DNA of 64,000 nucleotides from contig OX597815.1 in the NCBI GenBank assembly GCA_951406725.2, forward strand, positions 160,084,001 through 160,148,000. Direction: 5' to 3'. How positions within the stretch are numbered: the stretch's first letter is position 1; each line of letters begins with the position of its first letter. Made by a program: the position numbers and the translations under genes. Under the pieces are notes generated by a model. That model worked only from the letters and a program-made list of their open reading frames with translations. It did not search any database and was not told where the DNA came from. This document shows, piece by piece, positions 14,220-27,874 of the stretch. The DNA comes from Octopus vulgaris. Taxonomy: Eukaryota.

Positions 14220-14404
14220 AATATATGACAAGCTGCCACATGGTTTCTGTCTACTAAATTCATTCTCAAGACCCTGGTGAGCTTTAGTAGAAGACACTTT
14301 TGGAACTGAACACAAAACTCATTGTTGGAAGCCAAGCTTCTTAACTACAAAGCCATCATTAACATTATTATGACTTTTTCAAAACCTCTAACATATTTAT
14401 TATA

Positions 14405-14920
14405 CTATTCTTTTACTTGTTTCGGTCATTTGACTGTGGCCATGCTGGAGCATTGCCTTGAGGGCTTTAGTGAAACAACTCAAACTGAGGAATTGTTTTT
14501 TTTTTAATCTTTTGCTGAACTGCTAAGTTACGGGGACGTAAACACACCAAGACCGGTTGTCAAGTAGTGATTTGGGTGGAGGTGGGGACAAACACAGACA
14601 CAAAGACACACACAGATATATACATATATAAATGACAGGCTTCTTTCGGTTTCTTATTTCTTTATTGCCCATAAGGGGCTAAATATAGAGGAGACAAACA
14701 AGGACAGACAAAGGGATTAAACTGGTCAGATTAACCCCAGTGAGTAACTGGTACTTAATCTATTGACTCCGAAAGGATGAAAGGCAAAGTCGACTTCGGT
14801 GGAATTTGAACTCAGAAAGTTTCTGTCTACCAAATCCACTCACAAGGTGCCATGCGGTGGAACTGAACCCTGAACCATGTGGTTGGGGAACAAGCTTCTT
14901 ACCCCACAGCCATGCCTGCA
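14405..14920 (-). mobile_element. SINE family B with nested family A copy (14655-14818)
   Basis: Family B halves separated by a family A 3' part flanked by gtttct duplication. Confidence 0.8.
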
Positions 14921-15028
14921 CCTGTAACAAATTGTTTCTCACCTTCTATATAGATTAGTGGAGGAAGGGTTACTCTCTTTAAGAATTATTTTCCATTATT
15001 TATACAATTTCCATATTACAAGTGCAAC

Positions 15029-15185
15029 ATCTATTATATAAAATCCGTTCTGTCTGTCTGTGTGTGTGTCTTCTAGGATCTCAGGCATCCTCCATCTGAT
15101 TGCGCTCAAATTTGATATGTAGATACTGACGTTATCAGGGCATGTTTAAGTCTTGAAAAAGTTACAAAAATCGATTCCAGGTGAG
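15029..15185 (+). mobile_element. non-autonomous Helitron-like 5' end
   Basis: A|TCTATTATATAAAATC followed by (CTGT)n and ...gattgcgctcaaatttg, typical of animal Helitron 5' ends. Confidence 0.5.
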
Positions 15186-16159
15186 AATGTGATCGATAAA
15201 GCCGTGGGAATGTGCATTTGTATGTGCAAGTACATCGGCTGTTACCACTAGCTTTTCTATGCCCTTGAACATCCTGTAAAGTAAGTTAGCTTAAAATTAG
15301 TTACTTAGTTCCCTAGATTGTTGCTTTTCATCAAAAATCACCCCAAGTTGATTTCCTACATATTTTATCAGATAAACTTATTGTCCCAGGTACACTCTCA
15401 TAAATTCATCATGCTTTTTTATCTAGATTTACCTCCAGCTAACCCATTTGCATGCATCGTTTTTGTCCTGCTTTTCTTCCGTCAACCTGTAGATAACTGC
15501 ACCTTCCATCTTTTGTTGTTTTTGTACTGCTTAAAGACACGTTTGTTTCCTGCCAAGCTTACTGTTTAAACCATGTTTGTGTTCTCCCAGTCAACAGCCT
15601 TATCATTACTGGTACTTTAAACTCTTCAGTTGCATATTTGTGTGTATAAAATCGTTTTTCTGTCTTTATTTCTTCTTTTGCTGGTGTCTCAAATTTAGGT
15701 TAAATCAGTGTTTCTCAAAGGGGAGGCCTATGAGATGGTCGGACAAGTTGTTTTGAGAAAATTTGGTTTAAATGTTTGACAACTCAGCACCGTCCATTAG
15801 CCGGAGGAGAGTGCAACATTGATGAATAAAATGAGAATTGAATAAATTCCTATCTCTCAAGATGTCTTTAGAGATAGGAGTGGCTCAAGACATCTTTTGA
15901 GTCACTTCCACGGTACCCCCTGTTCATACAGATAATTCCCATCAGGCTGTACCTCCACTCCTGTTCATCAGTTACTACATTTGCCTCTACTCTCATCTCT
16001 GACCATCAGGTACTCTCTCCCCTCACACCTTCCCACATGTATCATTTCTTGCTTCTTTAGTGTCTTGCTCTGGCAGCACATCATTAACGTCTTGTCTTTT
16101 CCCAGATATTCCTTTCCCACTGCCTTAAATAAAGGCAAAGTTGCCATGTATTTTCTCTA

Positions 16160-16620
16160 TTCTTTATACTTTTGCTTGTTTCAGTCATTTGATAGCAGCC
16201 ATACTGGAACACCACTTTGAAGGATTTTAGTCAAACAAATTGACTCCAGGACTTTAATTTTTCAAAGCCTAGCACTTATCCTGTCAGTTTCTTTTGCCAA
16301 ACCACTAAGTTATGGAGATGTAAGCACTCCAACACTGGTTGTCTAACTATGATGGGTGGGGGGGACAAACACAGACACACACTAAGGTATACACACAAAT
16401 AACCTCCCATACACACACGCAGGCACACACACACACATGGATGCACACATACACTACAGGCTTCTTTCAGTTTCAGTCTGCCAAATCTACTCAGAAGGCC
16501 TTGGTCAGCCTGAGGATATAGTAGAAGACACTTGCCCAAGCAGCCACACAATGGGACTGAGCCCATGACCATGTGGTTGGGAAGCAAGCTTCTTACCACA
16601 CAGCCACGTCTCTACCTATA
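16160..16620 (-). mobile_element. SINE family B
   Basis: Full head/core/microsatellite/tail in reverse. Confidence 0.8.
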
Positions 16621-16629
16621 TATATATGT

Positions 16630-16673
<44 letters not shown>

Positions 16674-17346
16674 CGTTATAATCCTTAAAATGCTGGATTG
16701 TTATAATGCCCGCTTTGGTATACAGTACACTTAGTAAAACCAGTAAAGACACGACTATCTCTGACTCCCTACTATGTACTCTTGTAATTCATGTACTTCT
16801 CTTTACTTAGATTGACTAGGTTATTCCATTCATCACGTGGGAGGGGTGTACCATTATTATCAATTTGATACAACCCCCCCACACACACACACATTGCGCT
16901 CCTTTCAGTTTCCATCTACCAAATCCACTCATAAGGCTTTGGCCAGCCTGAAGCTAAAGTAGAAGACACTTGTGGGATTGAACCTAGAACCATGTGGTTG
17001 GGAAGCAAGCTTCTTACTGTACATCAATTCTACTTCTGCTTATCCCTGGCATAGAATCACCTCTTCACCTTCTTAGATAATCCCTCCACTTAGTTAAGAG
17101 GGTTTTCTTTTTTCTTGTTTGTTCCTGTCTTGCAACTTACTTGGCAACCTCACTGCAGCTGGTGATATAAAAGAGCACTCATTACACACTGTAAATTGGT
17201 TGACATTAGGAAGGGCATCTAGTTGTAGAAACCAGGCCCAAACTGACATGGAATACAATGCAGTCCTGCGGCTCACTGGATCCTGTCAAACCATCCAACT
17301 CATCCCAGAAAAGAACATTACCATTAAATGATGATGATAATGATGA

Positions 17347-17740
17347 GGTGTAGGAGTTGCTGTGTGGTAAGTAGCTTGCTTATGAACCACATGGTTCTGG
17401 GTTCAGTCCCACAGCATGGCACCTTTGGCAAGTGTCTTCTACTATAGCCTCGGGCCAACCAAAGCCTTGTGAGTGGATTTGGTAGACAGAAACTGAATGA
17501 AGCCCGTCGTATATATATATATGTGTGTGTGTGTATGTTTGTGTGTCTGCGTTTGTCCCCCCAACATCACTTGACAACCGATGCTGGTGTGTTTACATCC
17601 CTGTAACTTAGTGGTTCAGCAAAAGAGACCGATAGAATAAGTACCAGGCTTACAAAGTATAAGTCCTGGGGTCGATTTGCTCGACTAAAGACGGTGCTCC
17701 AGCATGGCCACAGTCAAATGACTGAAACAAGTAAAAGAGT
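17347..17740 (+). mobile_element. SINE family B, near full length
   Basis: Highly similar to 34335-34770 and 63660-64000; tail gactgaaacaagtaaaagag. Confidence 0.9.
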
Positions 17741-18539
17741 ATGCAATCAAAGGTTAAGAAGTTTCTCCACAGGAAAAAATAAAATGAAAGAATGAATAAA
17801 TGAGGTAACAAGTGACATGCAGATGTCAATTTACAAACAGGAAGAAATGTGTTATCTAGCAGCATGTGCAAACAAACAAGAAACATTAGGAATACAGAAC
17901 AATAAAGATGATTAGATATGTTCACACTGTTGCTGTCAGGATATATATCCATTGTGGAATTACAAAGATGAACTTTCTGTCGTCAAAGAAATGATATTTA
18001 AAAGTAAAAGATTATGCTTCCAGCACCAATCAGATAAAAATAATTATTTAAAGAATACCTGAGGATCACATGTAGTAAATATAGAAAATACATGAAGCAG
18101 TCTTTCTGGATATACATCAATGTATAAACATAAGTGTACTTGTTTATTCAGTCTTTGTTAAGCAGATGTATAATCAAAAACATGCCAGCCATGGCCATCC
18201 AGCCTTTTTGTATATATTATCATCATTTAACATTCACTTCTTCATGCTTGTCTGACTCTGAATTTGTAGATGTAGATTTTCCAATGACATATGCCCTTCC
18301 TACGACCATAACTTACCTGTTTCCAAGCAAAGTAATATTTTCTCATAGCTAGACATGTTTTTCACTGAATACAGGAAACAAACAATCTTGCATGTATGCC
18401 AGTAATTCTGTTTTGGAGCCATCATGAGATGTCTCGACAAGGACAATCATACCCACAAACACACAAAAACCATATATATATATGTGAAATATATTTACCA
18501 CTTAAATGTGGCTAACCACTAAGGGTAGATGCTACTGTA

Positions 18540-18913
18540 GCTTGTAGCCCCAGGAGAACATCTTCTCCAGTTGGCTATTGACACATTTTCTGTGCACTAT
18601 CAGTATTTGCAAAGGGAAGCCATCCTTCCCATCATCGACCTGACGTGATACACACGCACCTGGGTTTCTGAGTATTTACCTGTCGTCAGCACATGACAAT
18701 CACCGGTCTTCGATGTGTAGGGGTCCCAATGCAAATACATATATCCTTTTTCCAGTGGGGAAAAGTCACCGATCTCGAAAAAGTGTAAACAAGCAATAAT
18801 AAATCTCTGAACGAGGTATAAACAATAGCTGCACAACAATGTGCAAATACTGATAGGGCACAGAAAGTGTGTCAGTAGCCAACTGGAAAAGATGTTCTCC
18901 TGGGGCTACAAGC
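18540..18913. repeat. foldback element, ~72-bp inverted arms (18540-18611 / 18842-18913)
   Basis: gcttgtagccccaggagaacatctt...atcagtatttgca and its reverse complement with few mismatches. Confidence 0.85.
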
Positions 18914-19486
18914 ACAGGTAATTTTATGTGGTGCCAGCATGAGCGCTTTGTATGTGGCACCAGTATAAGCTCTTATATATATTTATACATATGAGATACA
19001 AACAGGCAGACAACTGGTATAAAGCCAGAATATGACATATATATATTTATACACAAATAGAACTTGAGAGTAGAAATGAATATTTCAGACGTTCAGGTCA
19101 CAAGAGATCAATAAAAGATCAGTTGATCTTCAATTTAATTTAATTACATCTGTCATGCACTTTATACCATGATTATTATTTACAATAATTTCTAAACGTC
19201 TTCATTTACATATCCTATACTACAACCTTCCATAATTATATCACAATACGTTTTGCTTAAAATTTCAATGTAAGGGATTTTAACTAAATATTATATAATC
19301 GAACACGCATTTATTCAGCAGGCCTGGCTGTGTGGTAAGAAGTTTGCTTTCCAGCCATATGGTTCTGGGTTTTGGTTCAACTGTAAGGCATTTTGGGTAA
19401 GTGTCTTCTACTCTAAACTCAGATTGACCAAAGCCTTGTAAAGGAATTTGGCAGACAATGACTGAAAGAAGCCTGTTGTATATGCG

Positions 19487-19522
<36 letters not shown>

Positions 19523-19536
19523 TATATACATATATA

Positions 19537-19572
<36 letters not shown>

Positions 19573-19739
19573 CATACAGATATAGATAGATGTATAGAGC
19601 AAAGTGTAACTGCTATATTTTATATATAAAAAATACAAAAATGGGACAAGAATGCAAAACATCCAGATAGACAATACAAGGAAAACAAGGATGGGTCAGT
19701 CAGAGTTTTCTATCCTCAGTTGAGTTCCAGATAACTCAA

Positions 19740-20652
19740 TGTCTGGACATCCTGCAACTACCCCCATCAAGGAAAACATTGAATGTGTTCATCACATGGT
19801 GATGCATGACATGTGATTGATTATAAACCAAATAGCCATTGCTATTAGCATATTCTGTGAGAGAACTGAGAATACTCTGCACAAAAAACTTGACATAACG
19901 AATGTTTCTGTTTGGTGGCTGCCACAACTGACACCATATCAAAAGTACACCACGCTTATCACATAACAGGAAAATCTGACATTGTTTGAGGCAGATCCAG
20001 CTAGTTTCTTTGTATGTTTCCTCAGTCAGGATGAGTGTTGGGTTCACCACTTAGAGCTTATGTAGTGGAAATACTCTTCCTCACCTGCTCCAAAAAGGCC
20101 AAGTTCGTTTCATCTGCTGGGAAGAGATGACCTCAGTTTTTGTGATGCTAAAGACATTATGTTTACAATTATCTTCAAAAGGGCAACAGCATCAATGGAG
20201 AGTGCTATTTTGTAACTTGCTGAGGCAGTTACAAAAGTTCATCAAGACCAAATGCTCAGGAAAACTGATGAAAGGGATCCTTTTTTCATCAAGACAATGC
20301 TCCAGCACACAAGTCCTTGATTTCAATGGCTGCTGGGTGTGACTGCAGCTTTGAACTGGTTGATAACTCTCCCTATTCTCCTGATTTGGTCTCCTCTGAC
20401 TATCAACTATTCCACAACACACTTGACTGGGAACCAGTATTACAATGATGAGCATGATGATGTCATATCTACTGTTGATGACTTTTTTGACCAATAACAT
20501 AAAAGCTTCTTCACCAATGGGATCCAATCACTGCAACACCGATGGAAGAAGTGTGTGGACTGCAAGGGGGACTATGTTAAAAAATAAACCACATTTGGTC
20601 ACATTTCAGGAGAGTATCCTTGTTAGCCTATTAAATTGTCTGTTGATCCTCG
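19740..20652 (+). mobile_element. 5'-truncated mariner transposase pseudogene with 3' TIR
   Basis: Translation with stops/frameshifts: SGHPATT..ENI, DECWVHH, FHQDNAPAHKS, YSPDL.SSDY.LF, RWKKCVDCKGDYV; ends cctcg|TA. Confidence 0.9.
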
Positions 20653-22464
20653 TACATCTGGTCTAGGGGTATTTTAGATTACCTACTTTACAACATTGCC
20701 TTGTGTCTCTGGGTCTGCCTAGCACATATTCAAATAAAAAATCTAATAGAAGGCATTTATTACAGGCAGATAACATATTGATCAAAAGCATCTCATTTCA
20801 TTTTTAGATACAGTGTATCTAGAACTGTTTATCCAATGTTCCCCTCCTCTTGTTATTCTTTTCAAATCCCTTTACTGTGTTTAACATGCTGAGCAATCTT
20901 GTAGAGATTCTCTCTTGACAAGTGCAATAGTTTTGTTTTCCATTGGCACAACTTAAGCTTTATCAGATGCAGTATTTTACTGCCTCTTAGAAAACGTTTT
21001 AATTGTTGTTTTCTGTTCTTTTCTTAGCTTAATCCAGTTCCAAAATAAGATAATTTTTAGGAGTTATTCTTTTCCTAGATAACAATTAAAAACAAAAATT
21101 GCTTGAAGACTAGAATGCAAATGAGGATAGAAATATTAATAAATATCATTGGGAAAATAAAGATATGCAAAACTAAATATAGCTTTTAGAAAGTAAACAA
21201 TGTTAATTTTTCACAACAAATACATAGATTAAAAGATAAAAGACAACTGTTCACCAGAAATAGAGTTTTATTTGCACAGCTATTTTGCAGTGAAAAATTC
21301 TGTCCTTTAATATTTCTACAATCGTAAAGCTATTTCTGCATATGAGTAGAGTTGTTAAAATTGTCTATGTTCATAAAATTCATGTTTTCAGTTATAAAGT
21401 TGCATACCAAAAGGATACAAATACAACTAGCATTCTCGTTGCAATAAATAACTTACCTTTGAATAGAAAACAATAGCCTGCAGAATCTGTTGGAAACTAC
21501 TTGAATGTAAAGAAATCCATTTCTGTTTAATTTTGTAGCTTACTTTGGTATATACTTGGTATTATATTATCACGTCTTGCAAGCAATGGTATAATTCTTT
21601 CTTCTTCAGTTTTCTAAACACAAATCTTTGTCATAAAATCTGAATCACCAAACTTTGGTTCTGTATCTTAAACTAAAACAATTTCTTTTGTAATTACGCT
21701 GTATAAGAAAATTAGAAAATTTCTTTTATGTCTTTGGTCAGTAAGTGTTACTTCCCATTTGCTTTTATCTAGAAATTTAAGGAAATGACAACTATTCCCT
21801 TCAAACTTTGCTTTTGTGACTTGAAAATCAATGTTTAGAAACAGACCTACTTTCCATTACATCTCAAGCAGATTCAGTGCTGTGTTGCTGAAGCAGAAAT
21901 AATATTATAGTAAATATTCTGCTCAATATCACAGATTTGCTTGTCAGTTGCTTTACCTTAACCACTTGAGCATGTCCCTTAGCGGCCGACAATATATGCA
22001 TCTCTGATCATGAGCAAGAGTAGTGGAAGAGCATCGCAGGCATGTGTTGAGTGGGATTCTTAGGGGTTTGGATAAATGTAACAAAAGCAAAGTCTAAAGG
22101 AAATATTAGCCATTTTTCATACTTTCTAGGAGCAAGCAAATAGAAAAATTGGAATTAACAGTTGCTACCTAAGGACAAAAATCATGTTATACAGTTTTAA
22201 CATACTTCTTTCTCTTTTAACAAATTACAATCTCCAGAAACAAAATGTAACTACCAACATAACATAGTGTGAAATATAGCCATGATTATAGTTTCTCCTG
22301 ACTGGAATGACTTAAGCACATTTGTGGAGTTCAATACTAATTTTTTCTTACATTGAAAAGTACTTAAAATCTTTAGAGAATGTAAAATTGTAGATTTAAA
22401 TCAGAATATGGTTAGTACTATTTCCTTAGCCCTAAAATTTTTGGAAAGATAAGTTAATCTCAGT

Positions 22465-23030
22465 AGACAGAAGCTAGAAATAGTGCAACAGTTCAAACAC
22501 CTGAGAACAATTATTAATGATATGGAATTAAGACGGACTAATCAAACTCCAACCAATATAGGGACACTGAAACCTTATGATAAAAATCAAAATCAGTGAT
22601 GCTTCATCTTCCTGTATGCCAGTGGAACATGAGCTCCAGCTTCAGAGAAAACTTAAAAAGATACAACCACTGGAAATTAGATGTTACCCTAACATTGTGA
22701 GCATCTCATAATCAGACCATATTTATTACAAACAAGTGGGATCTGGAAACCATTCAGCATTACATTAGTAATTGTGAAGACCTTCTCGCAATTGTGAAGT
22801 AATAAAAGCAAAGATAGTATGGCTGTGTAACAAGATCTAGTGTCCTTGCAAAGAATTATTTACCAAGGAAGTTTAAAAGCGCAAGTAGGAGAGACAGACA
22901 AATGTAAAAAAAAAAATGTATACATGACATTAAGGAATGGACAAGCAAATCAAGAGCAGAGTTCAATCTATGACAGACAGCACAATAGATGGAGTAGGCT
23001 GGAGTAAATACATCACAATGGTGCTCCTAT
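22465..23030 (+). mobile_element. ancient RTE (BovB-like) LINE 3' coding relic
   Basis: Remnants QKLEIVQQFKHL, IFLYA, IQPLEIRCY, EDLLAIVK, YGCVTRSS.LAK, DIKEWT. Confidence 0.75.
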
Positions 23031-23869
23031 CATATTAACATAATCTGAGGGCGTAAGCAAGCAAAATGTATCAAAATTATCTCATAACTGTTTCGGGGCA
23101 ATTTAATTCATCTTTATAACATATATTGAATATAAATATAAAAATAGATTACTTTTACCATTTTACAGGTTAGTAAGATGATAGAATTGATATGGTGTTG
23201 GAAAAAGCCTTTCAGATTTTAGTTATATCTCTTTATATTGTAAGTTCTAACTCTGCCTGCATTAAGATTTTACAATTTATTTTTCCTGGACTGTTGCATG
23301 AATTATATAACCAAAGTACTATAATAAAAAAAAAGTATAAAATGCAAACAAATATAAATTAATCAGTAAAAATTGCATTGAATTTCTGAGATACTACCAG
23401 GGCATTTATCAAAATATTACTTGCTAAAATACTTGGTTTTAACCAAGTTCTAAAATGTATTTCCATGAAAGTTGTTTACACTTGGTCTCTTCATTAAATA
23501 CACCATTTAGTAACTTTACACTTATTTCCCTTGAGATTTTATAGTTGACTTTTAGACTTTTACGATCATTAAATTAGAAATAAGAGTAAAATTTAAATAA
23601 GAAATTAAGATTATGTTTTATCTTTTACTTGTTTCAGTCACTGAATCATGACCATGCTGGGGCACCACCTTAATGGGTTTAGTTGAACAAATCTACCCCA
23701 GTACTTATTTTTTTAAAGCCTGGTAATAGGTAATATTTTACTGTACCAATAAGTTACATGAACACTTATAATTATTTCTCACATAGGCACAATGCCACTC
23801 CACATATTTTGTATTAGGAGCAAAGTCAAAAAAATTAACTTCAGTTCTTGACTGGAGTTGGATTTTCAT

Positions 23870-24240
23870 CATTCTTTTCTACTCTAGGCACACAGCCTGA
23901 AATTTGGGGGGAGGGGACCAGTCAATTAGATCGACTCCACTACGCAACTGGTACTTAATTTATCGACCCCAAAAAGATGAAAGGCAAAGTCGACCTTGGT
24001 GGAATTTGAACTCAGAACGAAAAGACAGCACATTGCCTGGCGTGCTAATGTTTCTGCCAGCTCAACAACTTGTACATTCTTTTCTACTTTAGGCACACGG
24101 TCCCAAATTTTTGGGGAAGGGGGCAGTCGATTAGATTGACTCCACTACACAACTGGTACTTAACTTATTGACACTGAAAGGGTGAAAGGCAAAGTCAACC
24201 TCGGTGAAATTTGAACTCAGAATGTAAAGACAGATGAAAA
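23870..24240 (-). mobile_element. two tandem SINE family A copies
   Basis: Repeated Meta-like core with alternative tail (ttctactctaggcac on + strand). Confidence 0.75.
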
Positions 24241-24322
24241 AGCAAACTGCCAACTTCTTATCACACACCCACATCATACATATATATATATATACACACA
24301 CACATGTGCACACATGACTGTA

Positions 24323-24531
24323 CGAGGGGATGCTGAAAAGTTCCTGGCTTTAAGGGTATCACGAAAATGCTATTTGGAAGCTCAACCTTCCAAGATCTTT
24401 TATGGGGTTTAGAATGACCACTGCAATAAGTGTATGAGTCTGAGTGGAGAATATGTTAAATGAAATCATAATTTACAGACCCTCCTGTATTTTTCTTTTA
24501 CTCAAAGCCAGGAACTTTTCAACAGCCCCTC

Positions 24532-24532
<1 letters not shown>
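24323..24532 (+). mobile_element. mariner-derived MITE
   Basis: TIRs cgaggggatgctgaaaagttcctggcttt / aaagccaggaacttttcaacagcccctcg, TA at left. Confidence 0.85.
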
Positions 24533-24587
<55 letters not shown>

Positions 24588-24612
24588 GTATGTATGTATG
24601 TATACATACATA

Positions 24613-25087
24613 CAAGGGAATGACAAAAAGTTCCTGGCTTCAGGGCTAATGTGAAAGGCCTGGTTGGAGGACCAACCTTCTAAGTTCTTTTACAAGGCTT
24701 AGAAAAACTGAAAGACCACTGCAATAAGTGCGTGAATCAGAGGGGAGTATCATCATCATCATCATCATCATCATCATCGTTTAACATCCGTTTTCCATGC
24801 TGGCATGGGTTGGACGGTTTGACTGAGGACTGGCAAGCCAGTAGGCTGCACCAGGCTCCAACCTGGTCTGGCAAGGTTTTTACAACTGGATACCCTTCCT
24901 AGCGTCGACCACTCCAAGAGTGTAGTGGGTGCTTTTTACATGCCACCAACATGAGAGCCCGTCAGGGGGCACTGGCATCGACCACGTTCAGATGGTGCTT
25001 TTTACATGCTGTTGAATAAACTCATAATTAACTGATCCTTCTATATTTTCCTCAACCCAAAGTCAGGAACTTTTCAGCGCCCTCTTG
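24613..25087 (+). mobile_element. second copy of the same mariner MITE, interrupted by an RTE 3' fragment (24750-25010, minus)
   Basis: Same TIRs with TA flanks; internal (CAT)n and RTE 3' UTR. Confidence 0.85.
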
Positions 25088-25130
25088 TATGTGTCTATTA
25101 GTGATGTCTGCCTTATAAGCCCTGATTTAA

Positions 25131-25345
25131 TCCCTTGCAGATGGGAAGCGATACTGATCGCATCAAAACACTGCATGTGTGAGCAGTGCAATGTCTCACT
25201 CTGTGCAGCACCATGTTTTGAAGTATACCACACTGAGATGAATCTGTAAATACACTGTAAAATTCCTTGTATGATAAATTATGTAGTTACTGAACAGCCT
25301 AATACTAGTACACAGCACAGACTGTCAGTACTAATCTGTAAGGGG
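25131..25345 (+). mobile_element. internally deleted piggyBac element retaining the C-terminal Cys-rich domain
   Basis: TTAA at 25127-25130 and 25346-25349; TIR TCCCTTGCAGAT/ATCTGTAAGGGG; encodes CEQCNVSLCAAPCFEVYHTEMNL*. Confidence 0.85.
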
Positions 25346-25997
25346 TTAAGAGAGGAAAAGTGGGTTGACTGACTGTAAATCATATATCCATTGCCTATCA
25401 GATAACAGTTCTACTAATTAGCACTACTTGCTAATCCTTTTTTCTTGAATACGAAGCATAAGCATTTTCCTGTTTTTTCTTCACCACCTGTGCCAGGTAA
25501 TTGGTCGTATGTATAGCTCTAGGACCATTAGGGAACCCATTTCCTTTTTTCTTGTCTCAAATTGGTGCTTATAGTATCTAATGTCAGTTGGGGGCATTTG
25601 ATTGTGATGTTATTTATTTTTTTAAACATTGAATCAAAGTGAGCTGCCTTATGTTGGGCATTTGACATTGGTCATATACACAATATATATGGAATTTAAC
25701 CTGTCCTACTATATGATTAAATGTGTAGACAAAAGTACATCAAGAAGCAAAAAATATGTGTGTGTGTGTGTTCATGAATATACATATGTATGTAACTTAT
25801 TAAAGAGTCAGAGAGAGAGATAGAGAAGGAGAGACAAGGTGAAAGAGGTGTTACCAGACAGTTTAATCAGTAACACTATGACTCACCAAGAAATTGAATC
25901 CTGTCAGTGGGTCTATTTCATTTCTCTCTAAAATTAGTGCTTATGACAACCTTATATCATTTTACATACATACATAGATATATATATAAATATACAT

Positions 25998-26047
<50 letters not shown>

Positions 26048-26467
26048 TATAATCTGAGTGGGAATCTAACATGCATATATGAAGTTTCATGTCATTATTT
26101 GGCTACCACATGATAACCTAATAACCTACAGTAGGGTTAATTCTAGGGCTAGATACACATGTAGAACTCCCCTTTGTATAAGGTCACTACAAAGATAATG
26201 TAGCATGAGAAGAATCCAACAGGAATTAAGAATGTTCTGCCCTGATGGAGGACCTACACATAGATGTTGCTGAGCTGCATTCAACTGCTTAATAATTATA
26301 AAGAATGTGCTTCTATAATGGTTTTTGAATTTAAACTCAGCAACTTAAAACAGGTGTGCAGTGCAGAAACAAATGATATAATCCACTATTAAAGCCTGTT
26401 ATCTGCCATCTTCATCTTCATGTTGTACCATTCCCTAATATTATATATATATATATATATATGTATA

Positions 26468-27840
26468 CTAGCAGAAATACCTGGCATTGCTCGGGATTAA
26501 AATGGCATATTTTGTATATAAAATATTACAGTTATGTTGAAACAGGTGATATGGGAAAATGCAGCATTGTCAACAAAACATTCGACTAAGCAACATGCTA
26601 TGCGTCCATTTGGAGTATTTCAGGCCGTAACCTGTCATGGAAAATTGGAGGTGGGGGTTATCTGATTTTTGAATGCACTAAAAAGCTATCAGTAGACATA
26701 CTTTCTTTTGCAGCAGTCATCTAACCTAACCCATCATCTGAAATTTCGACACTTCTGTCAGGTTTGTTGTCCTACATCACTCATAAAGTATATTTGGAGG
26801 AACTGTGGTTGTTCATTTGTGGGTAACAGGGAATCAATGAGGTGATAGACTTGCCCTTGAGCTTTGATGTCGATGTTAATTCATGTTTATCTATCTTGTT
26901 AGATGTACCAAATGATGTCATTTGAAATACAGAGTTGTATTGTCTGATATTGTTCAGAAAATCCTTTGACTGGATGGAAATGCCTTCTAGAAGATCCATA
27001 AGAGGTTGAGAAGGAGCTGGTAGTGCTGGCAATGCTACTTGACCGCCTGAGCAGCACATACCATTTGTTTCAATTGAAAATTTTAAATCTTTACAGAAAA
27101 GACAATTAGTGATTAGCACACCAATTTAGACATAGTTATTGTTTTTATAAGAATGGATGGATCATATCTGAAAACATCTTTAGGATTTGTGAAGAATGAA
27201 CTTGTACATAGTCTGTTTCTGAGAGCTATTCTACTGGACCTCTGTCTAATCATTAAAACATTGATTTAATGATCTAGCATTAAATGCTGCAACATGCATT
27301 TGCCAATCTTGAGAAAATCTCATCTCTCTGCAGACTCTTGCCTTTTGTTTTTTTCAATCCTTCTTCCTTTATACTTGCTTCTGGAGAGATTATGTCTTTT
27401 CTGTGTTTCTCCCACTCATTCTGTAAAAATTTATTTGAAGAGAGCAGAAATTGAAAGAAGAGAAAGCAAAAAGAACAGAAAAAGAAAGTGAAAGATATAT
27501 GTACATCTATATGAAATAGAAGTATGGGTGTATGTGTGTGTGCGCACGCGTGCGTGCTTGCGTATATGTGAGAGAGAGAGTGAAAAATGAGAAATAGAGT
27601 GAGTGAGTGAAGGTGTGTGTCATGATGATTGATGTCTTTTAAGGTAAACACACATATAGAAAATGTGACATCATCGTATAACATGTTTACGATAGTTGAT
27701 TTATGGAAAAGATTATAATGTTAAATTCTTGAAATGCAAATATGTGAATGGAAATTAAGTTTAATTTGTAGCCAAAATAGTACTGAATCTTTTGATACCC
27801 CATACGTCAAAATCTGTAACTCAGTTTTGGAAGGCATAAG
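26468..27840 (-). mobile_element. internally deleted Helitron with RepHel N-terminal relic
   Basis: 3' end hairpin cccgagcaatgccagg then CTAG|T; ORF 26781..27119 CLFCKDLKF..ETNGMCCSGGQVALP...FLNNIRQYNSVFQMTSFG. Confidence 0.85.

Positions 27841-27871
<31 letters not shown>

Positions 27872-27874
<3 letters not shown>

Noticed and set aside
21457-21887. Minus-strand exon-like segment with a good GTAAGT donor
   Set aside because: The best frame has five stop codons, no recognisable homology, and the acceptor seems to lie in a repeat
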